From the NCBI GenBank assembly GCA_030038885.1, contig JASHQY010000175.1, forward strand, positions 1 to 34,862: DNA of 34,862 nucleotides, written 5' to 3'. Both the position numbers and the translations under genes were made by a program. Every line of letters starts with the position of its first letter. The first letter of the stretch is position 1. The stretch is from Thermoplasmata archaeon. GTDB lineage: Archaea; Thermoplasmatota; Thermoplasmata; Lutacidiplasmatales; UBA184. The notes beneath the pieces were generated by a model that saw nothing but the letters and a program-made list of their open reading frames with translations, had not been told where the DNA came from and did not search any database. Shown one piece after another: positions 8,722 through 18,698 of this stretch.

Positions 8722-9918
8722 TCAGAAGACGCTCAGCTTGCCGGTGAGGAGGCGCCGGGGGATCGTGTCGATCTGCTCCAGCCAGCCGTTCGCGACCCCC
8801 TCCGCCTTCGACTTCACGGCCGAGAGCTTGACGCCGTCCGCCGGAAGGATCTGCAGGCTCGCGACCTGGGGCTGGTCGACCGGCTTCCCGATCTGCGAGA
8901 GGATCTTGACGTGGACCTCCTTCACGTTCCCGCCGGTCTCCTTCACGATGTCGTTCGCGATCAGGGTGCCGAGGAGGTTGTAGATCTTCCCGACGTGGTT
9001 GACCGGGTTCTTGCCCGCGGTCGCCTCGAGGCTCATGGGGCGGCAGGGCGTGATCAGGCCGTTCGCCCGGTTGCCCCGGCCGACCGAGCCGTCGTCCCCG
9101 GACTCCATCGAGCAGCCCGTGACCGTGAGGTAGAAGCGCCCGAGCTCGGGATCGTCGGCGGTGTTCACGTCGACCGCGACCTCGCGGTGGGTCAGCTTCG
9201 CCGCCTGATCGCTGAGCTCCTTCGCGATCTGATCGCAGATCGCGCGGTATTCCTTCGGGTTCGCGATCTCGCGGTCGACGAGCGCCGCGGCGATCGTCAG
9301 CCGGATGCGGTCCCCCTGCCGGCACCCCATCACCTTGACGTCCTCGCCGAGGGCCGGGACCTTCTTCTTCAGCTTGAGGGTCAGGAACCGCTCGCTCTCG
9401 AGCACGAGCCGCTCGAGGTCGGAGAGCGGAGCGAAGCCCACGCCGAACGACGTGTCGTTCGAGAGGACCTCCTTCTGCTCGAAGACCCCGCGCAGGTCGA
9501 CCGATCCCTGTCCGATGCGGCAGTCGAACTCGACCTGGCGGTCGATGTCGAGGTGGGAGCAGATCGACTGGACGTACTTGCGGGCCGCCTCGATCGACGT
9601 GTCGCGGATCGGGAGCTTCTCGCCGTTGACCTCGGAGGTCGCGCGCCCGACGAGCAGCATGTAGATCGGCTTCGTGACCTTGCCGCCGCCGAACGCGGGC
9701 TCGGACTGGCCCCCGACGACCTGGGTCTCGTCGGTGTTGTGGTGGAGGATGTGCCCGAACTCGTCGAGGTAGAGCCGGCTGAGCGCCCGGCTGACCGCCT
9801 CGGACACCCCGTCGGCGATCGAATCGGGATGACCGAGCCCCTTGCGCTCGACCATCTCGACGTCCTGGTCTTCGATATGGACGGTCCGCAGCGGCTCGAC
9901 CTGGAAGTTCCGGGGCAT
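8722..9918 (-). CDS. mat: Archaeal-type methionine adenosyltransferase (SAM synthetase)
   Basis: [42 protein letters not shown] and [13 protein letters not shown]. Confidence 0.96.
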   Translation of the reverse strand: MPRNFQVEPLRTVHIEDQDVEMVERKGLGHPDSIADGVSEAVSRALSRLYLDEFGHILHHNTDETQVVGGQSEPAFGGGKVTKPIYMLLVGRATSEVNGEKLPIRDTSIEAARKYVQSICSHLDIDRQVEFDCRIGQGSVDLRGVFEQKEVLSNDTSFGVGFAPLSDLERLVLESERFLTLKLKKKVPALGEDVKVMGCRQGDRIRLTIAAALVDREIANPKEYRAICDQIAKELSDQAAKLTHREVAVDVNTADDPELGRFYLTVTGCSMESGDDGSVGRGNRANGLITPCRPMSLEATAGKNPVNHVGKIYNLLGTLIANDIVKETGGNVKEVHVKILSQIGKPVDQPQVASLQILPADGVKLSAVKSKAEGVANGWLEQIDTIPRRLLTGKLSVF

Positions 9919-9997
9919 CGAGGTCCCTCGGTCGGCGGAGCCGGGGGTGGGTTTAACGGTTGCGCGACGAACGCGTCGCGGGCGGTCGGACCCCCCC

Positions 9998-11557
9998 TCA
10001 GGAGTTGCGTCCCGCGCAGAGCGGTTTCCTCATGAGCGAGCCCGCGCGGACGTACCCCCGGCTCCGGTAGTACTCCCGGGTGCCCACCGCGCTGATGACG
10101 TATAACCCGCCGAAACCCTGCGCGGCGACCTCCGATTCCGCGGCCTCGAGCAGCGATCGACCGAATCCCCGGTGCTGGTAGTCGGTCGGCCCCCCCGCGG
10201 CGGCCCCGACCGCGACCTCGCTGCCGACGACCTTCAACTCCCGGATCACCGGTTCGGCGAGCCCCCTCTCGGTCGCGGCCGAGGGGAAGCGGAGCCGCAG
10301 GAACCCCGCGACCGTGTCGCTCGCGTCCTCCTCCCAGGAAAGGAAGACCTCCCGGCCGCCGCTCGCATCGTACTCGGTGCGGTGCCGCCGGAACGCGTCG
10401 GGCGGCGGGGCCGCCCGCCGTCCGGCCTCCCGGCACCGCAGGCAGCGGCAGTGGACGCCCTCGCTCTGAAGACGGGCGAGCGCGAGCTGCCGGACGTTGC
10501 TCGCGCGGACGCCGGCCGCGACGAGGCGGGAGGGGATGTCCCGCTGGATCCGCTGGATCCGGACCCACGGGGGCACCCGTCGCTTCATCTCGGCGAGGAC
10601 GCGCACGGCGGTCGGGGTGTCGTACGGGGCGTAGCGGCCCGCCTTCCAGCCCTCGAAGAGCGGGGTCCCGGGAAGGACCAGCGTCGGGTAGATCTTGAGG
10701 AGGTCCGGGCGGAACTCGGGCTCGTCCCAGAGGCGCTGGAAGTCCGAGAGGTCGGTCGTCGGGTCCATCCCGGGCAGGCCGATCATGAGGTGGTAGCAGA
10801 CCTTGAGCCCCCGGTCGCGGGCCTCCCGGGTCGCCCGCGCGACGTCGCCCGAGCTGTGGGCGCGGCCGACCGCGTCGAGCACCCGGTCGTGCAGGCACTC
10901 GACCCCGATCTCGACCCGAGTGACGCCCGCGTCGAGGAGGAACGGCAGCACCCGGGCATCGCACCAGTCCGGTCGGGTCTCGACCGTCAGTCCGACCATC
11001 CGGTGCGCCGCGGTCTCGTTCCGGGCGATCGCTTCCTCGAGGGTCGGGCTCGGCGCTCCGTTGAGGCCGTCGTAGATCCCGTGGAGGACCTCCTCCTGGT
11101 AGGTCCGGGGCCGCGCCGGGAAGGTCCCGCCCATCACGATGACCTCGACCTTGCTGGTCGGGTGGCCGATCGCGTCCAGCGTCGCGATCCGATGCCGGGT
11201 GATCTCGGCCGAGTCCCAGTGGAACTGCGCCCCCCGCAGCGCGGACGGCTCCTCGCCCGTGTAGCTCTGGGGGCTCGCGTTCTCGACGCCGCCCGGACAG
11301 TACGAGCAGCGGCCGTGGGGGCAGCGCGCCGGCGCGGTCATGACCGCGACGACCGCGACGCCCGAGAGCGTTCGGGAGGGCTTGCGCCGTACCCCGCCGT
11401 CGAAGCGGGCGCGCTCCTCCGCCGGCAGGCTGTCGATCCACTCGACGTTCGACGGGAGAGGTCCGTGGGGACCCGCCTTCGCTCGGGCGAGCTTCTCCCG
11501 ATGGACCTCTTCGGGCGTGGGGGGGCGAGCGATCGCGGCCGCTAGCGGTGGATCCAT
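9998..11557 (-). CDS. elp3: Elp3 tRNA uridine(34) acetyltransferase (radical SAM plus GNAT)
   Basis: KPSRTLSGVAVVAVM, CPHGRCSYCPGG, PQSYTGEEP, MGGTF, ETRPD, KIYPTLV, RIQRDIP and QHRGFG. Real start is ATG 11557; the ORF-track extension is a shadow of fni. Confidence 0.95.
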   Translation of the reverse strand: MDPPLAAAIARPPTPEEVHREKLARAKAGPHGPLPSNVEWIDSLPAEERARFDGGVRRKPSRTLSGVAVVAVMTAPARCPHGRCSYCPGGVENASPQSYTGEEPSALRGAQFHWDSAEITRHRIATLDAIGHPTSKVEVIVMGGTFPARPRTYQEEVLHGIYDGLNGAPSPTLEEAIARNETAAHRMVGLTVETRPDWCDARVLPFLLDAGVTRVEIGVECLHDRVLDAVGRAHSSGDVARATREARDRGLKVCYHLMIGLPGMDPTTDLSDFQRLWDEPEFRPDLLKIYPTLVLPGTPLFEGWKAGRYAPYDTPTAVRVLAEMKRRVPPWVRIQRIQRDIPSRLVAAGVRASNVRQLALARLQSEGVHCRCLRCREAGRRAAPPPDAFRRHRTEYDASGGREVFLSWEEDASDTVAGFLRLRFPSAATERGLAEPVIRELKVVGSEVAVGAAAGGPTDYQHRGFGRSLLEAAESEVAAQGFGGLYVISAVGTREYYRSRGYVRAGSLMRKPLCAGRNS

Positions 11558-12654
11558 GGGCGGCTCTCTCCGGTCACGAGGTACGGAGCGCGGTGGAGGT
11601 CGTCGATCGTCCGCGAGCCCGTGAGGAACATCGCGACCTTGAGCTCGTGGACCAGGAGCTCGAGCTCGGCGCGCGTCGCCTCGTAGCCGGTCGACGCCGC
11701 CCGCAGCACGCCGCCCGCCGTACCGGCGGCGGTCGCCCCCAGCGCGAGCGCCCGGGCCACGTCCAATCCCGAGCGGACCCCACCGCTCGCGACGACCGGG
11801 AGTCCGAGCGGCACGAGCTCGAGGACCGACACCGGCGAGGGGATCCCCCAGTCCCAGAACGTCTGGCCGACCCGCGCCTCGCGGGTCGCGCCCTGGTCGA
11901 GCGCCCGGTAGTGCTCGACCGCGGCGAACGAGGTCCCCCCCGTGCCGCTCACGTCGAACGCGCGGACGTGCCGGTCCCTGAGCTCCTCGGCGACCTCCCG
12001 GGAGATCCCGGCGCCGGTCTCCTTGACGAGGACCGGGAACTTCGCCGCGAGCTCGCCGATCTGGGCGAGGCATCCGCGCGCCCGGCGGTCGCCCTCCGGC
12101 TGGACCATCTCCTGGAGGAAGTTGAGGTGGATCGCGAGCGCGTCCGCGTGGATCAGCTCCATCGCCGCGCGGACCTCGTCCGCTCCGACGACCCGGTCGT
12201 TCGGTCCCTGGGGGATGATCTGCGGCGCCCCGATGTTCGCGAACTTCAGCGGGACCGCGTGGTGCGCGACGGTCGCGTAGCTCTCGGGGTACTGCCCCTT
12301 CAGGATCGCCGCGCGCTCGCTGCCGACCCCCATCGCGACGCCGACGTCGGTCGCCGCGCGCGCGAGGTTGTCGTTGATCTTGGCGGCGTCCGGGAACCCC
12401 CCGGTCATCCCCGTGATGACGATCGGGGCGGCCAGGCGGTGCCCGAGCAGCGAGACCGACGTGTCGATCTCCGCGAAGTCGAGCTCGGGGAGCGCCCGGT
12501 GGATCAGCTGCACATCGTCCCAGTAGCGGTAGCGTCCCTCGACATCCCGCCCGAGCACGACCTTGACGTGCTCGGCCTTGCGGTGGCTCAGATCGAGCCC
12601 CGAGGGGTCCCGGGGCTTACCCGGACCGCGCTCGCGCCCAGCTCCCGTAGACAT
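11542..12654 (-). CDS. fni: Type 2 (FMN-dependent) isopentenyl-diphosphate delta-isomerase
   Basis: RKAEH, ITGMTGG, MGVGSER, ANIG, HLNFLQE, PEGD, KETGAG, GGTS, WGIPS and SGGVRSG. ATG 12654 follows GGGGGAG; alternative start 12687. Confidence 0.96.
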   Translation of the reverse strand: MSTGAGRERGPGKPRDPSGLDLSHRKAEHVKVVLGRDVEGRYRYWDDVQLIHRALPELDFAEIDTSVSLLGHRLAAPIVITGMTGGFPDAAKINDNLARAATDVGVAMGVGSERAAILKGQYPESYATVAHHAVPLKFANIGAPQIIPQGPNDRVVGADEVRAAMELIHADALAIHLNFLQEMVQPEGDRRARGCLAQIGELAAKFPVLVKETGAGISREVAEELRDRHVRAFDVSGTGGTSFAAVEHYRALDQGATREARVGQTFWDWGIPSPVSVLELVPLGLPVVASGGVRSGLDVARALALGATAAGTAGGVLRAASTGYEATRAELELLVHELKVAMFLTGSRTIDDLHRAPYLVTGESRPWIHR

Positions 12655-13435
12655 TCTCCCCCCGTAGGGCGCGCGAGAGCTCGCCATCCGTGAGTCCGCT
12701 AATAAGACCTGCGTCCACGCCGGCGCGCGCGATCCGCCGCATCGCTTCCGCCTTGCCGCGGATGCCGCCCGTGACGTCCGCCCGGCCCGACACCGGCCCG
12801 AGCCGCTCGACGACCGCGTCGGTCACCTCGGCGATCGCGGTCCGCCGCCCCGGCCGCGTCGGCTCGAGGATGCCCGGGACGTCGCTGACGAACACGACCC
12901 GCTCGGCCTGCAGCGGCCCGATGAGCTGCTCCGCGATCGTGTCGGCGCTGAGGATCGACGTCCCCCACGCCGCGTCGGGGACGACGTCCCCGAACGACAC
13001 CGGCGCGAATCCCCCGCGCAGCGCCGCGACGAAGGGAGCGGCGTCGAACCGGGACACCCGCCCCGCCCGGTTCTCGGCGTGCGTCGCGATCGGGATCGAG
13101 GCCGCGGAGATCCCCGCGTGGACGAGGGCGCGGAGCACGAGGAGGTGGAGCCGCCGGACCTCGGCGGCGACGATCGCCGCCCCGCGCGCGCGGTCGGCGG
13201 GACGCGCGGAGGCGTCCGGCGCGCGGGCGAGGCCGAACTTCCGGGCGCCCGGATGCCCGAACGATCCCGCCCCGTGCAGGATGACGACGTCGTGCTCGGG
13301 GACCGCCGCGATCTCGCGTGCGAGTCGGGCGATCACTTTCGGACGGGGCCGCTCGATCTCGCGCTTCCTGGTGATGACCGATCCTCCGAGCTTGACGATC
13401 GTGACCGGCCGTTCGCTCGGGGCCGGGGGAGTCAT
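12617..13435 (-). CDS. ipk: Isopentenyl phosphate kinase (amino acid kinase family)
   Basis: KLGGSVIT, HGAGSFGH (IPK signature His), FGDVV, ILSAD, SDVPG and DVTGG; overlaps fni. Confidence 0.93.
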   Translation of the reverse strand: MTPPAPSERPVTIVKLGGSVITRKREIERPRPKVIARLAREIAAVPEHDVVILHGAGSFGHPGARKFGLARAPDASARPADRARGAAIVAAEVRRLHLLVLRALVHAGISAASIPIATHAENRAGRVSRFDAAPFVAALRGGFAPVSFGDVVPDAAWGTSILSADTIAEQLIGPLQAERVVFVSDVPGILEPTRPGRRTAIAEVTDAVVERLGPVSGRADVTGGIRGKAEAMRRIARAGVDAGLISGLTDGELSRALRGENVYGSWARARSG

Positions 13436-13453
13436 CCGCGTCGGTCCCGGGCG

Positions 13454-13675
13454 CTACGAGTGGTCCCAGCCGGCCCGCGGGTGGAGGAACATGAACACCG
13501 CGGCCAGGACGAGGAACGGTCCCTCGAAATAGCGCAGGTTGAACGTGTAGAGCCACCAGAAGATCATGAACTGCCCGCCGGCGAGCAGGAGGGACGCGGC
13601 GAGGACCCACAGCACCGAGATCGGGCTCACGTCGTGCGCCGCGTGCCCGCCGACCGCCGTCGCGTACTCGCTCAT
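13454..13675 (-). CDS. Small two-TM membrane protein (73 aa)
   Basis: MSEYATAVGG...SVLWVLAASLLLAGGQFMIFWWLY...PFLVLAAVFMFLHP. TATA-like TTTGAA about 25 nt upstream; first gene before ipk. Confidence 0.7.
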   Translation of the reverse strand: MSEYATAVGGHAAHDVSPISVLWVLAASLLLAGGQFMIFWWLYTFNLRYFEGPFLVLAAVFMFLHPRAGWDHS

Positions 13676-13907
13676 CGCCGGCAGAGGAGTCGACGCCCCT
13701 TCAAATGCGTTCGGTCGGAGCGCGCGCCGCCGTACCCGCGTGGTTCGGCGCGCGCCGTACCAAATTTCGTGACCGGGACCCGGTGTGGCCCAAATCACGA
13801 CAGAAGGTTGATATGGCACGGCCTCCTCCGACCGCCGCCCGAGGCCCGGGTAGGCGTCGACGGTGCCACCTGCTACCGAAGAACGTTCGGCGGAGACGCC
13901 GGACCGG

Positions 13908-15293
13908 ATGGACCCGCAGCGATCGAACCCTGGGGCGGTCACGCCCGTCAGTGACCACCCGCCGAGCGGGGGCGCAGCGCCCGTGCCGTCCTACGGCACC
14001 GCTGCGCCCCCGACCGGAACCTCGACCTCGGAGTTCCTCGACTCGTTCCTGCAGACCAAGAGCGAGCTGTTCCTCGAGAGCCGGGAGGTGCTCCGCGACT
14101 CGTACGTCCCCGCGCGCCTCCCGCACCGCGATGGCGAGCTGCGCCAGGTCGCCGAGGTCCTCGCGCCCGCGCTGCGCGGGGACGTTCCGTCGAACCTCCT
14201 GATCTACGGGAAGATCGGGACCGGGAAGACCGCGGTCGTCACGCAGGTCCGTCAGGACCTCCAGCGGCGTGCGGAGGCCGCCGGCAAGCTCTCGTTCGTC
14301 GCGGTGAACTGCGGGAACATCGACACCGCGTACAGCCTCCTGCAGAACATCGGCAACACGTTCGCGAAGGCCGATGCGGACCGGATCCCGACGGGCTGGT
14401 CGCTCGACCGGGTGCAGTCCGCGATGCGCCGGATGATGGACGCGAAGGGCGGCACGATCATCCTGATCCTCGACGAGATCGACCGCCTCGTCGCGCGCAG
14501 CGGGGACAACGTGCTCTACACGCTGAGCCAGCTCAACACCGAGCTCGAGACCGCGCGCCTCGTGCTCCTCGGGATCTCGAACGACCTCAAGTTCACGAAC
14601 CACCTGGACGCCCGCGTCCGCAGCCGATTGAACGAGGAGAAGATCCTCTTCGACCCGTACAAGGCGCCGCAGCTCCAGGACATCCTCGAGGACCGCGCGC
14701 GGGTCGCGTTCCGCGAGGGCGTGGTCGACCCCGGCGTGATCGAGCTCTGCGCCGCCTACGCGCAGCTCGAGAGCGGGGACGCGCGGCGGGCGCTCGCGCT
14801 CCTGCGCCTCGCGGCCGAGATGGCGGAGCGCGACCGCGCGAAGCGGATCACGCGCGACCACGTCGTGAAGGCGAAGAACCGCCTCGAGAAGGACATCATC
14901 ATCGAGTGCTGCCGCTCGCTCCCGCCGCACTGCAAGGTCCTCCTCTACGCGATCCTCCAGTCGTACGAGCGTCGGCGGACGGGCGTCCTGACCGGCGAGG
15001 TCTACGACAACTACAAGCGGCTGGCGGAGCGGCTCGGGCTGCCCCCCCTCCACGCCCGCTCGATCTCGAACTACGTGAGCGAGCTCGAGTCGCTGGGCCT
15101 GATCCGCGCGACGATCGTCTCGCGCGGCCGCGGCGGCCGCACCCGGGAGATCCTGGTCGACGTGCCGGTCTCGGAGACGATGCCGGCGCTCGAGGAGGAC
15201 CCGCTCCTCGCACCGATCGGGCGCCCGAGGGGCCGGGGCCAGACGCTGCTGACGAACTTCGACAACCCCGGGCGCACGGGACCGACGTACTAG
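13908..15293 (+). CDS. cdc6: Orc1/Cdc6 replication initiator AAA+ ATPase
   Basis: YVPARLPHRD, Walker A GKIGTGKT, VNC, Walker B ILDEID, ISND, RVRSRL, GDARRAL and winged helix ELESLGLI..SRGRGGRT. Start uncertain (13863, 13908 or 13983). Confidence 0.96.
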   Translation: MDPQRSNPGAVTPVSDHPPSGGAAPVPSYGTAAPPTGTSTSEFLDSFLQTKSELFLESREVLRDSYVPARLPHRDGELRQVAEVLAPALRGDVPSNLLIYGKIGTGKTAVVTQVRQDLQRRAEAAGKLSFVAVNCGNIDTAYSLLQNIGNTFAKADADRIPTGWSLDRVQSAMRRMMDAKGGTIILILDEIDRLVARSGDNVLYTLSQLNTELETARLVLLGISNDLKFTNHLDARVRSRLNEEKILFDPYKAPQLQDILEDRARVAFREGVVDPGVIELCAAYAQLESGDARRALALLRLAAEMAERDRAKRITRDHVVKAKNRLEKDIIIECCRSLPPHCKVLLYAILQSYERRRTGVLTGEVYDNYKRLAERLGLPPLHARSISNYVSELESLGLIRATIVSRGRGGRTREILVDVPVSETMPALEEDPLLAPIGRPRGRGQTLLTNFDNPGRTGPTY

Positions 15294-15315
15294 CGCGGCC
15301 CGGACGCCCGGCGGA

Positions 15316-15525
15316 TCAGGCGGTCTCGCCTTCGGCCCGCATCGGCTCGGGGACGATCGACTCCGAGCGCGCGCGCCGTCGGGCCCGCTCCCGTCGCAGC
15401 TCGGCGAGGTCGCGCTCGAGCGCGCGGAGGTCGGCCGCGGCCCGGCGCACCCGCACGCGCGCGACGTACTCGGTCGCCGCGATCTCGCGGTCGAGCGCCT
15501 CGTCCGAGCCGCGGAACGAGCTCAT
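15316..15525 (-). CDS. Small basic coiled-coil protein (69 aa), coupled to the ALDH gene
   Basis: ATGA overlap with the ALDH stop (15522-15525); [46 protein letters not shown] heptad pattern. Confidence 0.7.
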   Translation of the reverse strand: MSSFRGSDEALDREIAATEYVARVRVRRAAADLRALERDLAELRRERARRRARSESIVPEPMRAEGETA

Positions 15526-17018
15526 TCCCCGGGGCCGTCCTCGATCTGGGCCTTCTGGAGCTTCGACGAGAAGTCGACGAACACGGTCTTGATCTCCGTG
15601 AACTCGTCGATCGCGACGCTGCCGGCCTCGCGCCCGCCGTTGCCGGTGTTCTTCACGCCCCCGAACGGGAGCTGGACCTCGGCGCCGATCGTCGGCGCGT
15701 TCACGTACGTGATCCCGGCTTCGAGATCCTCCATCGCGCGGAACGCGCGGTTCACGTCGCGCGTGTAGATCGACGACGAGAGGCCGTAGTCGACGTCGTT
15801 CGCGACCCGGACCGCCTCGTCGTAGTCGCCGACGCGGATCACCGACAGCACCGGACCGAAGATCTCCTCCTTCGAGATCCGGGTGCCGTGCGTCGTCTCG
15901 AAGATCGTCGGCGCGATGAAGAACCCCCGGTCGTACGCGCCGCCGGTCAGCTTCGAGCCGCCGTAGCGGAGCCGGGCCTCCTTCTTGCCGATCGCGATGT
16001 AGTCGAGGATCTTCTTCTCCTGGTCCGCCGAGGCGACCGGGCCCATGCCGGTCCGCGGGTCGAGCGGGTCGCCGACCGGGAAGCGGTCGAGGCGCTCGGT
16101 CAGCCGGCCGAGGAAGTCGTCGTAGACGTCCCGGTGCACGATCAGCCGGCTGGTCGCCGTGCACCGCTGGCCGGCGGTGCCGAACGCGCCGAACAGTACG
16201 CCGTCGAGCGCGAGGCCCAGGTCGGCGTCCTCCATGAGGATCACCGGGTTCTTGCCACCGAGCTCCAGGTGGACCATCTTGAGCGACTGCGCTCCCCGGA
16301 CGTAGACCTCCCGACCGGTGTCGACCCCGCCGGTGAACGAGACCGTGCGGACCCGGGGATCCGAGACCAGGGCGTTCCCCACGACGCCCCCGGAACCGGT
16401 GACGAGGTTGAGGACCCCCGCCGGGAGCCCCGCCTCCTCGTAGATCCGGACGACCTCGACCGCGCATCGGGCGGTGTTCGACGCGGGCTTGAAGACGACC
16501 GTGTTGCCCGAGATCAGCGCGGCCGCAATCTTCCAGTTCGGGATCGCGGTCGGGAAGTTCCACGGGGTGATGCACGCAACGACGCCCTTCGGCTGGCGGA
16601 CCGTGAGGCAGAACTTCGATCGGAGCTCGGACGGCACGGTCTCCCCCACGAGTCGCCGCCCCTCGCCGGCCATGTACTCGATGAAGTCGATCGCCTCCTG
16701 GACGTCGCCCAGCCCTTCCGAGATCACCTTGCCCATCTCGCGGGTGACGATCCGTCCGACCTCGGCCTTGCGCTCCTTCAGTCGGCGCGCGGCCTCGAGC
16801 AGGAGGTCGCCGCGCTTCGGTGCCGGCACCGCCTTCCAGGCGGGGAACGCCGTCGCGGCCGCGGCGACGGCGCGGCGGACGTCGTCCGGCGAGCCGGCGA
16901 CGAACGAGCCGATCGGCTCCCGCGTCGCCGGATTGATCGTCTCGAACCGCTTCGCCGGAGAGGGCGAGCTCCACGTTCCGTCGATGAACAATCCAAACTC
17001 TTCGACCTTCGATGCCAT
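15522..17018 (-). CDS. NAD(P)-dependent aldehyde dehydrogenase
   Basis: [25 protein letters not shown] (catalytic Glu), GQRCTA (catalytic Cys), EEIFGPV, YGL and PFGG. Confidence 0.96.
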   Translation of the reverse strand: MASKVEEFGLFIDGTWSSPSPAKRFETINPATREPIGSFVAGSPDDVRRAVAAAATAFPAWKAVPAPKRGDLLLEAARRLKERKAEVGRIVTREMGKVISEGLGDVQEAIDFIEYMAGEGRRLVGETVPSELRSKFCLTVRQPKGVVACITPWNFPTAIPNWKIAAALISGNTVVFKPASNTARCAVEVVRIYEEAGLPAGVLNLVTGSGGVVGNALVSDPRVRTVSFTGGVDTGREVYVRGAQSLKMVHLELGGKNPVILMEDADLGLALDGVLFGAFGTAGQRCTATSRLIVHRDVYDDFLGRLTERLDRFPVGDPLDPRTGMGPVASADQEKKILDYIAIGKKEARLRYGGSKLTGGAYDRGFFIAPTIFETTHGTRISKEEIFGPVLSVIRVGDYDEAVRVANDVDYGLSSSIYTRDVNRAFRAMEDLEAGITYVNAPTIGAEVQLPFGGVKNTGNGGREAGSVAIDEFTEIKTVFVDFSSKLQKAQIEDGPGE

Positions 17019-17049
17019 CCCGCGCACGACCCGTGCGGGCGACGCGAGC

Positions 17050-17105
17050 GGGCGCTAAAAGGCTCTCCGGGGGCGGGAGTGGCGCGCTCGTGACCTTAAT
17101 AGTCC
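17050..17105. promoter_or_regulatory. Divergent TATA-like boxes for ALDH and serS
   Basis: CTAAAA at ~17055 (TTTTAG on the minus strand) and CCTTAATA at ~17094, about 25 nt before ATG 17126. Confidence 0.55.
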
Positions 17106-17125
17106 GGGCCCCGGTCGGTGCCGCG

Positions 17126-18637
17126 ATGGAGCACCGCCTCGAGGCCGAGCTGACGCTCAGCGGCCCGGTGCGCGACCCGACGACCGTCGGACCGCTCGTC
17201 TCCCGGATCGCGGCGGACGCGATCCAGCGCACGATCGGCGCCGGCGGCGACGGACGGCTCGCCGAGTGGTCGCTCGAGGGGGATCGGCTCCGGCTCGTCC
17301 TCGAGTCGCAGGGCCGTCGACCCCATCAGGCGCTGCTCGCGTTCGTCCGGCGGTTCGGGGAGGAGCTCGGCCGCGCCGAGAAGATCGGCGTGCGCTCGTT
17401 CCGGGCGTCCCGGTACCGGACCCAGTTCCCGCTCGACGCCGCGCCGGCGAAGCCCGTGACGCTCCCGATCCCGCACCGGCTGACGCATCGCGGGACGGAG
17501 GCGACGCTGGAGCTCACCGACCTCGGGGAGGCCGGCCTCCGGGACAACTGGATGGACCGCGCGGTCTCGCTCGTGAAGGAGAAGGTCCAGAAGCAGCGCT
17601 ACGAGGGCAAGGAGCAGTTCTGGTCGCTGCTGACGTCGAGCCCCCGGCGCGAGATGCCGTTCGACCGCGACCCGACCGAGGAGATGCTGAAGCGCCACTG
17701 GGTCCGGCCCGGACCGACCAAGGGGAAGTGGTTCCTCGGTCCGACCGCGGCGCACCTCTTGCGCACGATGGAACGGATCGCGCGCGAGGAGGTCCTCGAA
17801 CCCCTCGGGTTCCAGGAGGTCGTCCAGCCGCACCACGACTCGTTCGACACCCTGCTCAAGACCGGGCACCTCGCGGGCCTCCCCGGCGAGTTCTACTACG
17901 TCGCGGAACCGAAGACCCGCGACCCCGCCGCCTGGGAACGGTTCACGGACCTCGTGAAGATCACCGGCGAGGTGCCCCGCGAGGAGCTCGAGAAGATGGT
18001 CACCGGACCGACGGCGGTCTCGTGCTACGCGCAGTGCCCGACCGTCTACTGGTGGCTGTCGGGGCGGACGATCGCGACCGAGAGCCTGCCGCTGCTCGTC
18101 TACGACAAGTCCGCGGTCTCGAACCGCTACGAGAGCGGGGGCCGCCACGGACTCGAGCGCGTCGACGAGTTCCATCGGATCGAGCCGGTCTACGTCGGCG
18201 CGCCGGACGATCTGCGGGCGCTGCGCGAGCGCCTCCTCGAGCGGTACGCGCGGGTGTTCAACGACCTCCTCGAGCTCGAGTGGCGGACCGCGTGGGTGAC
18301 CCCGTTCTACATGCAGCAGAGCGGGCAGGTCGGGGTCGAGGACGCGCACGCGCACGACAAGGGCACGATCGACTTCGAGGCGTACCTGCCGTACCGCGGG
18401 ACCCGCGAGGCCTCCGAGTGGCTCGAGTTCCAGAACCTGTCGATCGTCGGCGACAAGTACACGACCGCGTTCGCGATCAAGACCCAGAAGGGCGAGCTCT
18501 GGTCGGGCTGCACCGGGATCGGGCTCGAGCGCTGGCTCACCGCGTTCCTCGCGCAGAAGGGGCTCGACCCCGAGGGCTGGCCCGCGGCCTTCCGCGAGTA
18601 CGCGGGACCGCTGCCCCACGACGTGAAGTTCCTGTAG
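17126..18637 (+). CDS. serS: Methanogen-type (type 2, Zn-dependent) seryl-tRNA synthetase
   Basis: 503 aa. YEGK, DPTEEM, YYV..PKTRDP, CYAQCP, RYESGGRHGLERVDEFHRIE, EWLEFQN, WSGCTGIGLERW and FLAQKGLDP match my recollection of Methanosarcina-type SerRS. Confidence 0.92.
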   Translation: MEHRLEAELTLSGPVRDPTTVGPLVSRIAADAIQRTIGAGGDGRLAEWSLEGDRLRLVLESQGRRPHQALLAFVRRFGEELGRAEKIGVRSFRASRYRTQFPLDAAPAKPVTLPIPHRLTHRGTEATLELTDLGEAGLRDNWMDRAVSLVKEKVQKQRYEGKEQFWSLLTSSPRREMPFDRDPTEEMLKRHWVRPGPTKGKWFLGPTAAHLLRTMERIAREEVLEPLGFQEVVQPHHDSFDTLLKTGHLAGLPGEFYYVAEPKTRDPAAWERFTDLVKITGEVPREELEKMVTGPTAVSCYAQCPTVYWWLSGRTIATESLPLLVYDKSAVSNRYESGGRHGLERVDEFHRIEPVYVGAPDDLRALRERLLERYARVFNDLLELEWRTAWVTPFYMQQSGQVGVEDAHAHDKGTIDFEAYLPYRGTREASEWLEFQNLSIVGDKYTTAFAIKTQKGELWSGCTGIGLERWLTAFLAQKGLDPEGWPAAFREYAGPLPHDVKFL

Positions 18638-18698
18638 CCGCCCCGCGGCGGCGCCCATACCGCTAAGCGAGCGGTCCGGTTGCCCGGCCGAGGGGACC

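Noticed and set aside
11214-11225. ORB-like CCAGTGGAA
   Set aside because: Single copy inside the elp3 coding sequence (QFHWD codons) with no G-string.
13676-13907. Replication origin upstream of cdc6
   Set aside because: No ORB-like TTCCAxTGGAA plus G-string and no AT-rich unwinding element. Only two promoter-like boxes, a short repeat (CGCCGTACC twice) and TCGTGA/TCACGA are present, which is not enough to call oriC.
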